From Clostridiales bacterium UBA3678 (GTDB taxonomy: Bacteria > Bacillota > Clostridia > TANB77 > CAG-508), in the NCBI GenBank assembly GCA_002372935.1, contig DFJF01000006.1, positions 35,405 through 99,404 on the forward strand: DNA of 64,000 nucleotides, in the 5' to 3' direction. Made by a program: the position numbers and the translations under genes. Numbering within the stretch: position 1 is the stretch's first letter; the number at the start of each line of letters is the position of its first letter. The notes beneath the pieces were generated by a model. It made no database searches. It had not been told where the DNA came from and saw only the letters and a program-made list of their open reading frames with translations. Below, in pieces: positions 1-10,162 of the stretch.

Positions 1-1
1 A

Positions 2-982
2 TCAAATGTAAAAAGACTTCAGATTTCTGCAGAAGTTATATCAACTTTAGATGTTTTAACTTCATTTGCACAAGTTGCAGAAGACATGAATTACTGTATG
101 CCAGATGTTACAAATGATGGGGTAATTGACATAAAAGATGGAAGACATCCAGTAATAGAAAAAATGCTACCAACAGGAGAATTTATCTCAAATGATACAT
201 ATTTAGATAAAGGAGAAAATAGACTTTCAATAATAACAGGTCCAAATATGGCAGGAAAGTCAACATATATGAGGCAAGTAGCATTAATAACACTAATGGC
301 CCAAGTTGGAAGCTTTGTACCTGCTACATCAGCAAAAATAGGAGTTGTGGATAAAATCTTCACAAGAGTTGGAGCATCAGATGACCTAAGTATGGGACAA
401 AGTACATTTATGGTAGAAATGATGGAAGTTGCAACTATCTTAAAAGAAGCAACACAAAATAGTTTGGTCATATTAGATGAAATAGGACGTGGAACATCAA
501 CATATGATGGACTATCAATTGCATGGGCAGTTGCAGAATTTATAGCAGATAAAGAAAAATGTGGAGCAAAAACATTATTTGCAACTCATTATCATGAATT
601 AATCGAATTAGAAGAAAAACAAGAAGGAATAAAAAACTACTCAATAGCAGTAAAAGAAAAAGGAGAAGACATAATATTTTTGCGTAAAATAGTTAGAGGA
701 GGCACAGATGAAAGTTATGGAATACATGTTGCAAAACTAGCAGGTGTACCAAAAGCTGTTACAACTCGTGCAAATCAGATATTGCGCACAATAGAAAGAA
801 AAAGTGTATTAAACAATAAAAAGCCAGAAAAAGAAGATAAGAAAAAAGTAGAAGGACAATTTGATATGTTTAACTATAAATTAGCAGAGATAGCCCAGGA
901 GCTAGATAAAGTCAATCTAAACGAACTAACCCCAATAGATGCGTTAAACACTTTATCTAGAATAAAAGAAAAAATGAAATAA
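2..982 (+). CDS. mutS: DNA mismatch repair protein MutS, C-terminal part (5' end lies outside the window)
   Basis: The frame is open from the window edge. Walker [33 protein letters not shown] and ATHYHEL motifs are present. Confidence 0.92.
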   Translation, partial: SNVKRLQISAEVISTLDVLTSFAQVAEDMNYCMPDVTNDGVIDIKDGRHPVIEKMLPTGEFISNDTYLDKGENRLSIITGPNMAGKSTYMRQVALITLMAQVGSFVPATSAKIGVVDKIFTRVGASDDLSMGQSTFMVEMMEVATILKEATQNSLVILDEIGRGTSTYDGLSIAWAVAEFIADKEKCGAKTLFATHYHELIELEEKQEGIKNYSIAVKEKGEDIIFLRKIVRGGTDESYGIHVAKLAGVPKAVTTRANQILRTIERKSVLNNKKPEKEDKKKVEGQFDMFNYKLAEIAQELDKVNLNELTPIDALNTLSRIKEKMK

Positions 983-990
983 TTTCATTT

Positions 991-1074
991 GGGGACACTT
1001 CTCTTTCAAAAAGGGACGGTTCTTTTTTGAAAGGGGACGGTTCTTTTCTGAAAGGGGACGGATCTTTTCAAGAA
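991..1074. repeat. 21-bp repeat family, site A: 4 direct units
   Basis: Units start at 991, 1012, 1033 and 1054 (exact 21-bp phase): ggggacacttctctttcaaaa / agggacggttcttttttgaaa / ggggacggttcttttctgaaa / ggggacggatcttttcaagaa. The array is preceded by tttcattt. Confidence 0.9.
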
Positions 1075-1128
1075 TTGAATCTAAAAGATCTGTTTCTAAT
1101 TGGAAAAAATAGAAAGGAAATAAAAATA

Positions 1129-2304
1129 ATGAAAAATTTTAAACAAGTACCAATAACAATACTTACAGGATATTTAGGAGCAGGAAAAACTACTCTTATG
1201 AATCATGTATTGACAAACCAGCAAGGATATAAAGTTGCTGTAATTGTAAATGATATAGGTGAGGTAAATATAGATGCAAAACTTATATCTGATGAAGGTT
1301 TTATTCAAGAGGAAGATAAAGGAAATGTTGTACCACTTTCAAATGGATGTATTTGCTGTACCTTGAAAGCAGATTTAATGCAACAAATTGTTGATATTTT
1401 AAAAACTCAAAAGTTTGACTATATTTTAATTGAAGCTAGTGGGATTTGTGAACCTCTTCCAATTGCTCAAACTATAACAACACTTGCAAATTCTATGGAA
1501 CAATATGGATTGCCTCCAATATGCAGATTAGACAATGTTGTAACAGTTGTTGATGCAATGCGTTTAGTAACAGAATTTGGCTGTGGAGAAAATCTTGTAA
1601 AAGATGATATAGAAGAAGAAGATATTGAAAATCTTCTAATTCAGCAAATTGAATTTTGCAATGTGATTGTTTTAAATAAGGTTGATGAAGTTACAAAAGA
1701 ACAATTAAATGAAGTAAAAGCAGTTATAAAATTTCTTCAACCAACTGCAAAAATTATAGAAACAAATTATGCAAAAGTTGATGTAAAAGAAATTATGGAT
1801 ACAAATAATTTTGATTTTGAAGATATTCAAACATCTGCTGGGTGGATTAAAGAACTTGAAAAAGAAGACGAAGAAACTCATCATAATGATCATAACCATG
1901 ATGAGCATCACCACCATCATCATGAAGAAGGAGAAGCAGAGGAATACGGAATTTCAACATTTGTATATACTTCAAGAAAACCACTAGATGAGAAAAAATT
2001 TGAAGATTTTGTAAATGATAGATTTCCATCAAGTATAATAAGATGCAAGGGATTAGTGTGGTTTGGAAATGATTATGATATGTCATATTTATTTGAACAA
2101 GCAGGAAAGCAAATGCAACTTACACAAACAGGATATTGGCTTGCATCAGCCCCAAAAGATGAGCTAAAGGAAATGATTGCACAAGATCCAGAAATCTTAA
2201 AAGATTGGGATAAAGAAGTTGGAGACAGAATGGTTAAACTTGTATTTATTGGAAGAAAGATGAATAAAGAAGCAATTATAAAAGAAATGGAAAATTGTCA
2301 TTAA
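1129..2304 (+). CDS. COG0523-family (CobW/YciC/ZigA-like) metal-chaperone GTPase with a His-rich insert
   Basis: ITILTGYLGAGKTTL P-loop, CICC motif and an HHNDHNHDEHHHHHHEE tract. I moved the start from the track ORF (1027) to the ATG at 1129, because 1027-1128 only translates the 21-bp repeats (KGDGSF). Confidence 0.85.
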   Translation: MKNFKQVPITILTGYLGAGKTTLMNHVLTNQQGYKVAVIVNDIGEVNIDAKLISDEGFIQEEDKGNVVPLSNGCICCTLKADLMQQIVDILKTQKFDYILIEASGICEPLPIAQTITTLANSMEQYGLPPICRLDNVVTVVDAMRLVTEFGCGENLVKDDIEEEDIENLLIQQIEFCNVIVLNKVDEVTKEQLNEVKAVIKFLQPTAKIIETNYAKVDVKEIMDTNNFDFEDIQTSAGWIKELEKEDEETHHNDHNHDEHHHHHHEEGEAEEYGISTFVYTSRKPLDEKKFEDFVNDRFPSSIIRCKGLVWFGNDYDMSYLFEQAGKQMQLTQTGYWLASAPKDELKEMIAQDPEILKDWDKEVGDRMVKLVFIGRKMNKEAIIKEMENCH

Positions 2305-2387
2305 TAGCTCACAAGAAAATATTCGGATTAAAGAAAAAAATAATCGATTATAAATTTTACCTGCAATTTCATAAAAATTCATGAAAA

Positions 2388-2410
2388 CCCCTTGCAAAAG
2401 GGGCTTTTTT
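2388..2410 (+). terminator. Rho-independent terminator after the COG0523 gene
   Basis: Stem cccctt / aagggg with a 4-nt loop, followed by c and a T6 run. Confidence 0.7.
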
Positions 2411-2534
2411 ATGATACAATGTGTTTTGTTAAAAAATATAGGAATTTTAACATCCTTACTCACAACAAATTTTATATAAATAAATTTATATAATAAAAGA
2501 GTGTGGGTTTTATATCCAGAAGGAGGTGGAAATA

Positions 2535-2819
2535 ATGAATAAATACGAAAGTGTAATCATTATTAATCCAAATATTACAGAAGAAGCTATAAAAGCTTTA
2601 GAAAGTAAATATACAGGATTAATAAATGAAAACGGAAAAGTAGAATCTTTCGAAAATCAAGGAAAGAAAAGATTAGCTTATGAAATTAAAAAGAATACAG
2701 AAGCAATCTATGTATTAGTAAACTTTGAAGCTAAACCAGATTCTGTTGCTGAATTAGAAAGAAACTACAGAATAGATGATAATATATTAAAATTTATCAT
2801 CGTTAGAAAAGATGCATAA
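2535..2819 (+). CDS. rpsF: 30S ribosomal protein S6
   Basis: MNKYESVIIINP...; canonical rpsF-ssb-rpsR gene order. AGGAGG at 2521-2526 sits 8 nt before the ATG at 2535; the track ORF starts at a GTG at 2526. Confidence 0.9.
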   Translation: MNKYESVIIINPNITEEAIKALESKYTGLINENGKVESFENQGKKRLAYEIKKNTEAIYVLVNFEAKPDSVAELERNYRIDDNILKFIIVRKDA

Positions 2820-2875
2820 TGATGCAAAAAAAAGAAAATTATAGAAGGGGCCTTTTGAAAGGTGAGTGATAGTTA

Positions 2876-3325
2876 ATGAACAAAGTAATTTTAATGGGAA
2901 GATTGACAAAAGATCCAGAAGTAAGATATACACAAACAAGCAATACATTGGTTGCATCATTTAGTCTTGCAGTAAATAGAAGATTTGTAAGACAAGGAGA
3001 AGAAAGGCAAGCAGATTTCTTTAATATAGTTGCTTGGGGTAAAACAGGAGAATTTTGTAGCAAATACTTTAAAAAAGGTCAACAAGTTGGAATCATTGGA
3101 AGACTTCAAACAAGAACATGGGATGATGATAAAGGAAGGCATTATATAACAGAGGTTGTAGCAGAAGAAGCATATTTTGCAGATAGTAAAAGAGATGGAA
3201 CTTCTTCAAATGCAGCTTTTGAGGAAAGCTTTGGAGCAACAATGCCAGGTGGAATGGATTCAGGAGCAAATATAACATCAACTTCAGATTTTGAGGTATC
3301 AAGTAATGATGATTTACCATTCTAA
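2876..3325 (+). CDS. ssb: Single-stranded DNA-binding protein
   Basis: MNKVILMGRLTKDPEVRYT OB-fold N-terminus and an acidic tail ending DDLPF. Confidence 0.93.
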   Translation: MNKVILMGRLTKDPEVRYTQTSNTLVASFSLAVNRRFVRQGEERQADFFNIVAWGKTGEFCSKYFKKGQQVGIIGRLQTRTWDDDKGRHYITEVVAEEAYFADSKRDGTSSNAAFEESFGATMPGGMDSGANITSTSDFEVSSNDDLPF

Positions 3326-3350
3326 TAAAATTAATTAGATAGGGGGGAAA

Positions 3351-3641
3351 ATGAAAATGGCAGATAACAAAAAAAATAGAAAAAACAATAGAAATAAAAA
3401 TTATGATGATGATTATAATCCTAGAATAAGAAAACAAAGAAAAAAAGTATGTCCTTTATGTGGAGACAAGAACTTTGTTTTAGATTATAAAGATTATGAT
3501 ATTATGAAGAAATTTGTAAATGATAAAGGAAAAATATTGCCAAGAAGAACAACAGGAGCATGTGCAAAACATCAAAGAGATATTACTCTAGCAGTAAAAA
3601 GAGCTAGACAAATAGCCGTATTACCTTATACTCAAGATTAA
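3351..3641 (+). CDS. rpsR: 30S ribosomal protein S18 (Cys-containing form) with an N/K/R-rich N-terminal extension
   Basis: [32 protein letters not shown]...ARQIAVLPY, with CPLC upstream. The start could also be 3357. Confidence 0.9.
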   Translation: MKMADNKKNRKNNRNKNYDDDYNPRIRKQRKKVCPLCGDKNFVLDYKDYDIMKKFVNDKGKILPRRTTGACAKHQRDITLAVKRARQIAVLPYTQD

Positions 3642-3677
3642 TAAAAACATGGATCTAATATTTTTTATATCTAAATT

Positions 3678-3719
3678 CAGCTTTAAGTTATTTTATATAA
3701 ACTTAAAGCTGGATTTTTT
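3678..3719 (+). terminator. Rho-independent terminator after rpsR
   Basis: 12-bp stem cagctttaagtt / aacttaaagctg, followed by a T6 run. Confidence 0.8.
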
Positions 3720-3810
3720 ATTTTTTTACAATTTGTAGTTAATTATTAAGACTTTCAAGCTGGGAATTGTAATTTATTTTAAAATAAACAAAAAAATGTT
3801 CGCAAAACCA

Positions 3811-3839
3811 TTGACATTTTTAAAAATTTTTGTTAGTAT
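3811..3839 (+). promoter_or_regulatory. Sigma-A-type promoter for the nuclease pair
   Basis: TTGACA, a 17-nt spacer ending in TGt (extended -10), then TAGTAT, 34 nt upstream of the ATG at 3873. Confidence 0.5.
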
Positions 3840-3872
3840 AAAGGAAAACAATTTTACAAAAGGAGCGCAGAT

Positions 3873-4973
3873 ATGAAAATAATACATTGTGCAGATTTAC
3901 ATTTAGACTCTAAAATGGAAACACACTTAAGTAAGGAAAAAGCAAGAGAAAGAAAAAATGAGATTCTTATCACATTCCAAAATATGGTAGAATATGCTAC
4001 AAAAAATAAAGTAAAAATTATTATAATTGCAGGAGATATGTTCGACAAAAAAAATATATCAGTAAAGGCAAAAAAAATAGTAAAAAATGCAATAGAAGTA
4101 AATCCAGAAATAGATTTTATATATTTAAAAGGAAATCACGATGAAGCAGGATTTTTAGATGCAGATGAAGAAATTCCTCAAAATTTAAAATTATTTAAAA
4201 GTGAGGAATGGACAACTTATGAATATTTAGATGATGAAAATCCAACTAAAATCACAATTTCAGGAATTGAATTTGGAGGAAAGCAAGAGTATGAAATTTA
4301 TAATTCTCTAATTTTAGATAAGGGAAAAATCAATATTGTTGTTATGCATGGCCAAGAAAGCGAAAATAGTGTAAAAGATAAAACAGAAATTATAAATTTA
4401 AAAAAATTAAAAAATAAAAATATAGATTACTTAGCTCTAGGGCACATACATTCATATAAAAAAGAAAAATTAGATAATAGAGGAGAATACTGCTATTCTG
4501 GATGTTTAGAAGGCAGAGGCTTTGATGAATGTGGAGATAAAGGTTTTGTGTTGTTAGACATAAAAAGTGGAAAGATAAATTCAGAGTTCATAAAATTTGC
4601 ACAAAGGACTCTATATGAAATAAATATAGATTTAACAGGACTTACTGCAAGTAATGAAATTGAAGAAAAAATAAAAAAAGAAATAGAAAATATTCCAAAA
4701 TCAAGTTTAGTAAAAATAATTTTAGGTGGAGAAACTGAAATAGGAGAAGAAAGAGATGTTGATTTTTTAGAAAAAAAGTTCAAGTCATATTTTTACTATT
4801 TAAAAATAAAAGATAATCCAAAAATTAAAATTGATTATATGAAATATCAAAATGATATTTCTTTAAAAGGCGAATTTATAAGGTTAGTGTTACAACAAGA
4901 TAAACTTAGTGATGATGAAAAGAGCAAAGTTATAAGTACAGGAATAAAAGCACTTTCTGGAGAGGAATTTTAA
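3873..4973 (+). CDS. SbcD/Mre11-type metallophosphoesterase exonuclease (YhaO-like)
   Basis: MKIIHCADLHLDS, AGDMFD, GNHD and GHIH phosphoesterase motifs. Confidence 0.75.
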   Translation: MKIIHCADLHLDSKMETHLSKEKARERKNEILITFQNMVEYATKNKVKIIIIAGDMFDKKNISVKAKKIVKNAIEVNPEIDFIYLKGNHDEAGFLDADEEIPQNLKLFKSEEWTTYEYLDDENPTKITISGIEFGGKQEYEIYNSLILDKGKINIVVMHGQESENSVKDKTEIINLKKLKNKNIDYLALGHIHSYKKEKLDNRGEYCYSGCLEGRGFDECGDKGFVLLDIKSGKINSEFIKFAQRTLYEINIDLTGLTASNEIEEKIKKEIENIPKSSLVKIILGGETEIGEERDVDFLEKKFKSYFYYLKIKDNPKIKIDYMKYQNDISLKGEFIRLVLQQDKLSDDEKSKVISTGIKALSGEEF

Positions 4974-5031
4974 AAAAGAATAATGAAAAGGAAATTTTGA
5001 CCTAAAATTATTATACTAGGAGGAAATACAA

Positions 5032-7326
5032 TTGAAATTAATTAAATGTTATGTAGAAAACTTTGGAAAATTAAGCAATTTTACATATAATTTTAAAGAT
5101 GGGCTTAATATTATAAAAGAGCAAAATGGGTTTGGAAAAACGACTTTTGCAGTTTTTATAAAATCAATGTTTTATGGTATGGATGCTGGAAAAAACACCA
5201 AAATAGAAAAATCAGAAAGAAAAAAATATTATCCATGGCAAGGTGGCAATTATGGTGGAAATATTGAATTTGAAGTAGATGGGAATAAATATAAAATAGA
5301 AAGGTTTTTCGGGAAAAAGCCAGCAGAAGATACTTTTAAGTTATATGATTTAGCTACAAATTTAGAGAGTAAAGATTTTACAGAAAATATAGGAGAAGAA
5401 ATATTTAAAATTAACAAAGAGGGATATGAAAGAAGTACATATATTCCACAAGGGCAAATTCAGATAGAAATGGAAGATAGTATAAATGCAAAACTAGGAA
5501 ATGTTTTAGAGAGTGATAATGATGTAAATTCATCAGAACAAGCAATTATAGCAATAAATAATGCTAAAAAGCTTTATAAAAAAGAAAGAGGAAAAGGTGG
5601 CTTAATAGACGAAAAAAAAGAAAAATTAAACCAATTAGAAAGAGAACTTGAAAAAAGGCAATCAGATTTTGAGATTTTAAAAATTCAAGAAGAAAAATTA
5701 AATAAACTAAATAATAATATAAAAGAGCAGGGAAAATTAAGAGACCAATCACAACAGATGTTATCAGAGAAAATGGAACAAGGAAGAAAAGTAGCAAAAC
5801 TAGAAACTTATAAAACAATTTTAACTAAGTATAATAAGTCACAAGAAAATATAGATGAGTTAACAGAATTTTTTGCAAATGATATACCAAGTGATGATTT
5901 AATTAAAAATCTTACAGAAAAGAATTTTGAATTAGAAATTACAAAAAATCAATTGAAAAATAATAAGTTTTCTGTAGAAGACCAAGAAAAAGTTACATAT
6001 TACAAAGATATTTTTGACAGAAATCAAATTACAGAAACACAAGTAAATAAGGGAATAGAAGAATATTCTAAAATATCAAATCTGGAAAACGAAATCCAGA
6101 ATAAAACAAATAAAAAAGAAATTATACAAAATGAATTAAAATCAAAAAGGTTAGCAACAATTTTAGATAGTATTTTAGCAATAGTATTTATTATATTAGG
6201 GTTTTTCCTGATTTTTAAAGGAGTGCAAGAAATTGTAGGATTTATTTCTGCAATTATTGGAATTGGATTATTTATTTTGTTTTTAGTCAATTTAAAAAAA
6301 TCCAAAAAATTAGATGTTAAAGAACTAGAAGAAAAAATAGAAGAGATGCAAAGCGAAAAAAAGTTAATTGAAAGGAACATAGATAAAATCTTAGATATAT
6401 GTAACGAAAAAGAGCAAAATAAATTAAATGGTCTATATAATATAAAAAATCAAATAAATTCATATAACAATTTATTAAGAAAGCAAAATGATATAAATGC
6501 AAATGTACAGAAAAATAATATTAAAAAAGCTACTTTAGAAAATGAAATAAAAAATGGGTTAACAAAATATTTTGTAGATTTAACAAAGCCATATTCTGAG
6601 CTTTTACAAGAGCTAACTATAAAGAAAAATGAATATCAATCACAGTTAGAACAATTTAATAGTCTAAAAAGAGAAAAAGAAGATTTTGAAAAATCTAATG
6701 ATATGCAAAATCTAGATGATGTAAAAGATTTGTCTAACATTGATGAGTCCGTGTTAAAAGAAAAAATAAAAGAAATAAATATTCATTTTGATAAATTATC
6801 AGATGAAAAAAATCAAGTAAAAAATCAAATAGAAGTATTAGAAAATAGGATTGATGAATATGAATTTTTGGAAAGTGATATAGAAAATACGGCAAGTGAA
6901 ATTGAAGAAGAAACAGAAAAATATAAAATTTTAAATACTACAGAAAGTCTATTAAAACAAGCAAAAGAACAATTTTCTTCAAGCTATTTACAAGATATGA
7001 TTCAAAATTTTAATGAATATATGAAATTAATAGATAATGGTGAAATGTCTACTAATATAGACATAAAACTTGATGTTAAAGTTGATGTAAATGGTTCACA
7101 AAAAGAAATAAAATATTTTAGTGCTGGATATAAAGATTTAGTTTATATTTGTATGAGATTTAGTTTGATTAAAACATTATTTAAAAATGAGGCACCATTT
7201 GTAGTGCTAGATGACCCATTTGTAAATTTAGATGAAGAAAAAACTACAAAGGCAATAAATGTAATATCAACTATATCTGAAAAATATCAAATAATATATT
7301 TTGTCTGTAATTCTAGCAGAATATAA
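5032..7326 (+). CDS. SbcC/Rad50-like AAA ATPase with coiled coil and central TM segments (YhaN-like)
   Basis: N-terminal NGFGKTTF P-loop, long K/E coiled coil, hydrophobic segment ILAIVFIILGFFLIF and C-terminal VVLDDPFVNLD Walker B. TTG start, 8 nt after AGGAGG. Confidence 0.7.
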   Translation: MKLIKCYVENFGKLSNFTYNFKDGLNIIKEQNGFGKTTFAVFIKSMFYGMDAGKNTKIEKSERKKYYPWQGGNYGGNIEFEVDGNKYKIERFFGKKPAEDTFKLYDLATNLESKDFTENIGEEIFKINKEGYERSTYIPQGQIQIEMEDSINAKLGNVLESDNDVNSSEQAIIAINNAKKLYKKERGKGGLIDEKKEKLNQLERELEKRQSDFEILKIQEEKLNKLNNNIKEQGKLRDQSQQMLSEKMEQGRKVAKLETYKTILTKYNKSQENIDELTEFFANDIPSDDLIKNLTEKNFELEITKNQLKNNKFSVEDQEKVTYYKDIFDRNQITETQVNKGIEEYSKISNLENEIQNKTNKKEIIQNELKSKRLATILDSILAIVFIILGFFLIFKGVQEIVGFISAIIGIGLFILFLVNLKKSKKLDVKELEEKIEEMQSEKKLIERNIDKILDICNEKEQNKLNGLYNIKNQINSYNNLLRKQNDINANVQKNNIKKATLENEIKNGLTKYFVDLTKPYSELLQELTIKKNEYQSQLEQFNSLKREKEDFEKSNDMQNLDDVKDLSNIDESVLKEKIKEINIHFDKLSDEKNQVKNQIEVLENRIDEYEFLESDIENTASEIEEETEKYKILNTTESLLKQAKEQFSSSYLQDMIQNFNEYMKLIDNGEMSTNIDIKLDVKVDVNGSQKEIKYFSAGYKDLVYICMRFSLIKTLFKNEAPFVVLDDPFVNLDEEKTTKAINVISTISEKYQIIYFVCNSSRI

Positions 7327-7498
7327 ATCAATTAATTTGAAAATTTGGGCAATATAAGGAAGAAATTTAAAATACAAAAATTCAAAAAGTTAAATTGTAA
7401 AAAAGTAAGATTTGTTGAGATTAAATCATATTTTCAAAGAAAGCAACTTTTAAATTATAAAAATATTAAAAAATCAAGCAAATTTGAGAATTTTAAAA

Positions 7499-7527
7499 TT
7501 TGAAAATATATTAGATATATGGTATTA
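7499..7527 (+). promoter_or_regulatory. Extended -10 promoter facing the GC-rich intergenic island
   Basis: TTGAAA, a 17-nt spacer ending in TGg, then TATTAT. Confidence 0.4.
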
Positions 7528-7534
7528 TAAATGT

Positions 7535-7762
7535 AACAAAAAAATAAAAAAACCCCTGCATAGTGCGTGAAGACAGAATTTTTAGAACCTACAAGTTTAA
7601 AGAGGGACCAATCTCTGGATATGGCGTGCAAGCTTACACAGCATTTAATATGACAAATATTGTAGTAAGAAGCCCATAAGTATTTAGGTAGGAACCCACC
7701 TGTTTTAGAGCAGGTTGTTAAAAATTTTGACATAATTTACGGCTAAGGCGGGGATTTTTTTG
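7535..7762 (+). ncRNA. Candidate structured RNA or long leader; class unknown and strand uncertain
   Basis: A GC-enriched island of about 210 nt inside a 585-nt AT-rich intergenic gap. It is bounded by A7CCCC ... GGGGAT7, which could form a closing helix. There is no credible ORF. A promoter-like element lies upstream on the + strand. Confidence 0.25.
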
Positions 7763-7832
7763 GTTTATTTTAGGAATTTTTAATAACAAAATGAAAGGCA
7801 ATTTAATATACAGGTTACATATTACAATAACA

Positions 7833-7861
7833 ATCAGGCAAATAGTGCTTGATTTTTTTTA
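7833..7861 (+). terminator. Terminator or attenuator hairpin 50 nt upstream of the next CDS
   Basis: Stem atcaggca / tgcttgat (one G.U pair), followed by a T8 run. Confidence 0.5.
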
Positions 7862-7911
7862 TTATTGATGTTAAACTAAGTTATATAATTTAAAAAAGAG
7901 GTTTACTAATT

Positions 7912-8862
7912 ATGGAAAATAAGAAAGAGGAAATTAACGAAAATATAGAAAAAGATAATAAAAAAATCCCATTTTTTAGGAAATTTTGGTATTCAATTGG
8001 AAGAATAGGTCAATATGAAAAATTAAATAAAGAAGGATTGGTAGCAAGTTTGAAATATTTTTTTGGATTAGTAGCAATATTAGCATTTATATTAGCAATT
8101 ATTTATTCAGTTGTCCAAGTCAAAATGTCAAATGAAGTTATTCAATACTTAAATGATAATTTACCAGAAATTACATTTAAAAATAATCAATTGTCATTAG
8201 ATAATGATGATGCAACGATTATTGATAACGAAGATATGGCAGATAAATTAGGAAATGCAATTGTTATAAATCCATTAATTGATGAGAATGAAGCAGTTAA
8301 AAATTATAGTAATTTAGCAACAGATAAGCACAACTGTATAGTATTTTTATCAGAAGAATTTATTATAATTACATCAAAATACAATTCTGAGAATTCAGAT
8401 GAAAATACAGATTTAAATAATGTCGAAGGAATTACAATATCTAAGTATTCAGATGTATCATCAAGATATATTTCAGATACTGATTCAGAATATCACAAAG
8501 AAGCAGTTATTGCTGTTCTTCAAAATTCCAATTCATATTATTATTATATAGCAGAAAATTTTATTGTATGTTATATAAAACTATTTATTGAATATTTTAT
8601 ATATATAACTATAATTTCTATATTAATTTGGATAGTTGTTAAATTGTTAGGTAAAAAGAAAAATATAAAATGGGAATTTAAAGAAACAGCTACTAATGTA
8701 ATATATGCTTCAACATTATCAATTGTATTTTCTGTTATATATTTTATTGTAAACTATTTCACCAAATTTTCAATTCCAATTTATGATGTAATAAGTATTT
8801 TGTTGATTTTTGTATATGTGTATATATTATTAATAAAAAGCAAAAAGAAAAAAATAGAATAA
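7912..8862 (+). CDS. Multi-pass membrane protein, possibly DUF1189-like
   Basis: An N-terminal FFRKFWYSIGRIGQYEKL...ASLKYFFGLVAILAFIL pattern, and several C-terminal TM helices. Confidence 0.45.
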   Translation: MENKKEEINENIEKDNKKIPFFRKFWYSIGRIGQYEKLNKEGLVASLKYFFGLVAILAFILAIIYSVVQVKMSNEVIQYLNDNLPEITFKNNQLSLDNDDATIIDNEDMADKLGNAIVINPLIDENEAVKNYSNLATDKHNCIVFLSEEFIIITSKYNSENSDENTDLNNVEGITISKYSDVSSRYISDTDSEYHKEAVIAVLQNSNSYYYYIAENFIVCYIKLFIEYFIYITIISILIWIVVKLLGKKKNIKWEFKETATNVIYASTLSIVFSVIYFIVNYFTKFSIPIYDVISILLIFVYVYILLIKSKKKKIE

Positions 8863-8865
8863 AAT

Positions 8866-8903
8866 AAAACTCTCAATACCTATATGGGTTTTGAGAGTTT
8901 TTG
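8866..8903. terminator. Terminator between convergent genes
   Basis: Stem aaaactctcaa / ttgagagtttt followed by T residues. Confidence 0.7.
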
Positions 8904-8973
8904 TATGTATATTTTAAACAAAGTGATAATGTTGAATAAATTACAACTATAATTTATACATAGTATATCGATA

Positions 8974-9882
8974 TTATATAGGTTCTACATGTACAATGGT
9001 TTTGTAAACTTTTGATAATTTATTAACTTCTACTTCAAGATTATCAGCTAATTTATGACTATTAAATGTTGTCATATTTCCATCAACAGCAATAGTAATA
9101 AAAATAATGTATTTATATCCAACAGGTGTAGATGAAATGTTTAAAACTTTATGTATATCAGAAAATCGTTTTGCTATATCAAGAATTAAATTTTGTGTAT
9201 TTATATCAACAGAGACATCCATTAAAATATTATAACTTTCAACAAAAATTTCTATACCTGTATAACCAATCCAAATAGCAATCCCAATACCAACAATACT
9301 ATCAAAATAATTCCAACCTTTCAAGCTAAGCAAACTTGAGATAAGAGTAAAACTTGTTATAATACAATCATTTCTATGGTCTTTGACATTGGCTTTTAAT
9401 AAAATGTTATCAAATTTTTTAGCAACATGATTTGAATAAATAAAAAGTGCAAGCTTAGTTAAAATTGTTATAATACATACAGCTACCAAGATCCAGGAAA
9501 ACTCAAGATTACTGCCATATATAAGAGTTTGAATTGCATCAATTAATAATTTTAAAGCTACTAAAATCATAGATATGCCAATAAAAAGTGAAAAAATATA
9601 TTCAGCTTTTCCATGACCAAAATTATGACCATCATCATTCGGAACACTTGATATTTTATTACCAATAAATGTCATAAGAGAAGCAAAAATATCTCCAGCA
9701 CTATTAAAAGAATCTGCAATCATTGCTTGACTATGTGTAGAAAAACCAATGAATCCTTTAATTACTAGTAAAAAAATATTACCAATTATGCCTAAAACTC
9801 CAACTTTTTTTGTTTGTGAAAAACGTGTATCATCCATAATAAAAAACATCCCTTTCTTTGATTTGAAGGCACAAATTGTCAT
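8974..9882 (-). CDS. Cation diffusion facilitator (CDF) family metal efflux transporter
   Basis: SQAMIADSFNSAGDIFASL, DDGHNFGHGKAEY, six TM segments and a C-terminal cytoplasmic domain. The true start may be an internal Met (9849 or 9837). Confidence 0.85.
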   Translation of the reverse strand: MTICAFKSKKGMFFIMDDTRFSQTKKVGVLGIIGNIFLLVIKGFIGFSTHSQAMIADSFNSAGDIFASLMTFIGNKISSVPNDDGHNFGHGKAEYIFSLFIGISMILVALKLLIDAIQTLIYGSNLEFSWILVAVCIITILTKLALFIYSNHVAKKFDNILLKANVKDHRNDCIITSFTLISSLLSLKGWNYFDSIVGIGIAIWIGYTGIEIFVESYNILMDVSVDINTQNLILDIAKRFSDIHKVLNISSTPVGYKYIIFITIAVDGNMTTFNSHKLADNLEVEVNKLSKVYKTIVHVEPI

Positions 9883-10040
9883 AAAAAATTTTTATATAAT
9901 ATTCAAGAAATTTGTTTAATGTGAATTATAACATATTATTTATAAAAAGCAAATGTATTTTAAAACATTTTTACTTAACATGAATTTTGAAACATTTTTA
10001 TCTGACAGTTACATAACATAAAATAAATAGTAAAAAAGCA

Positions 10041-10069
10041 TTGCATAAAAGTCAATTAAATGGTAAAAT
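10041..10069 (+). promoter_or_regulatory. Sigma-A-type promoter upstream of mtaB
   Basis: TTGCAT, a 17-nt spacer ending in TGg, then TAAAAT. Confidence 0.45.
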
Positions 10070-10162
10070 ACAAGAGAAATTGAAAATCTTAAATATAAGG
10101 ATTTATTAAATTGGAATGATAATTTATTTAAAGAAAAAATTTAATGAAATGGGTGAAAATAT

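Noticed and set aside
1027-1128. N-terminal extension of the COG0523 gene (MKGDGSFLKGDGSF...)
   Set aside because: It is a translation of repeat units. The conserved GTPase N-terminus starts at the Met at 1129.
1129-3641. A zinc-sparing story: COG0523 chaperone next to a Zur-regulated Cys-less ribosomal paralogue
   Set aside because: The S18 here keeps CPLC...C..H (the Cys-containing form) and sits in the canonical rpsF-ssb-rpsR operon. A terminator separates the COG0523 gene from it, and I saw no Zur-box-like palindrome.
3873-7326. The SbcD-like plus large coiled-coil ATPase pair as a novel anti-phage defence module
   Set aside because: The arrangement and motifs match the widely conserved Firmicute yhaO-yhaN-type pair. 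There are no neighbouring defence or mobile genes.
7455-7733. A 92-aa minus-strand ORF across the GC-rich island
   Set aside because: It has no SD and an odd composition, and it runs through the candidate structured-RNA region and into AT-rich spacer. It is more likely non-coding.
7545-7762. Assignment of the island to a known RNA class (purine riboswitch, guanidine-I/ykkC, TPP, SRP RNA, 6S, tmRNA)
   Set aside because: Only short matches were found: UGGAUAUGGC as in purine riboswitch L2, GGGUUCC and UGGUCC as in ykkC, and GCUAAGGCGGGGA as in the SRP Alu domain. The flanking bases do not form the required helices, the spacing is wrong, and the SRP GGAAGCAGC core is absent.
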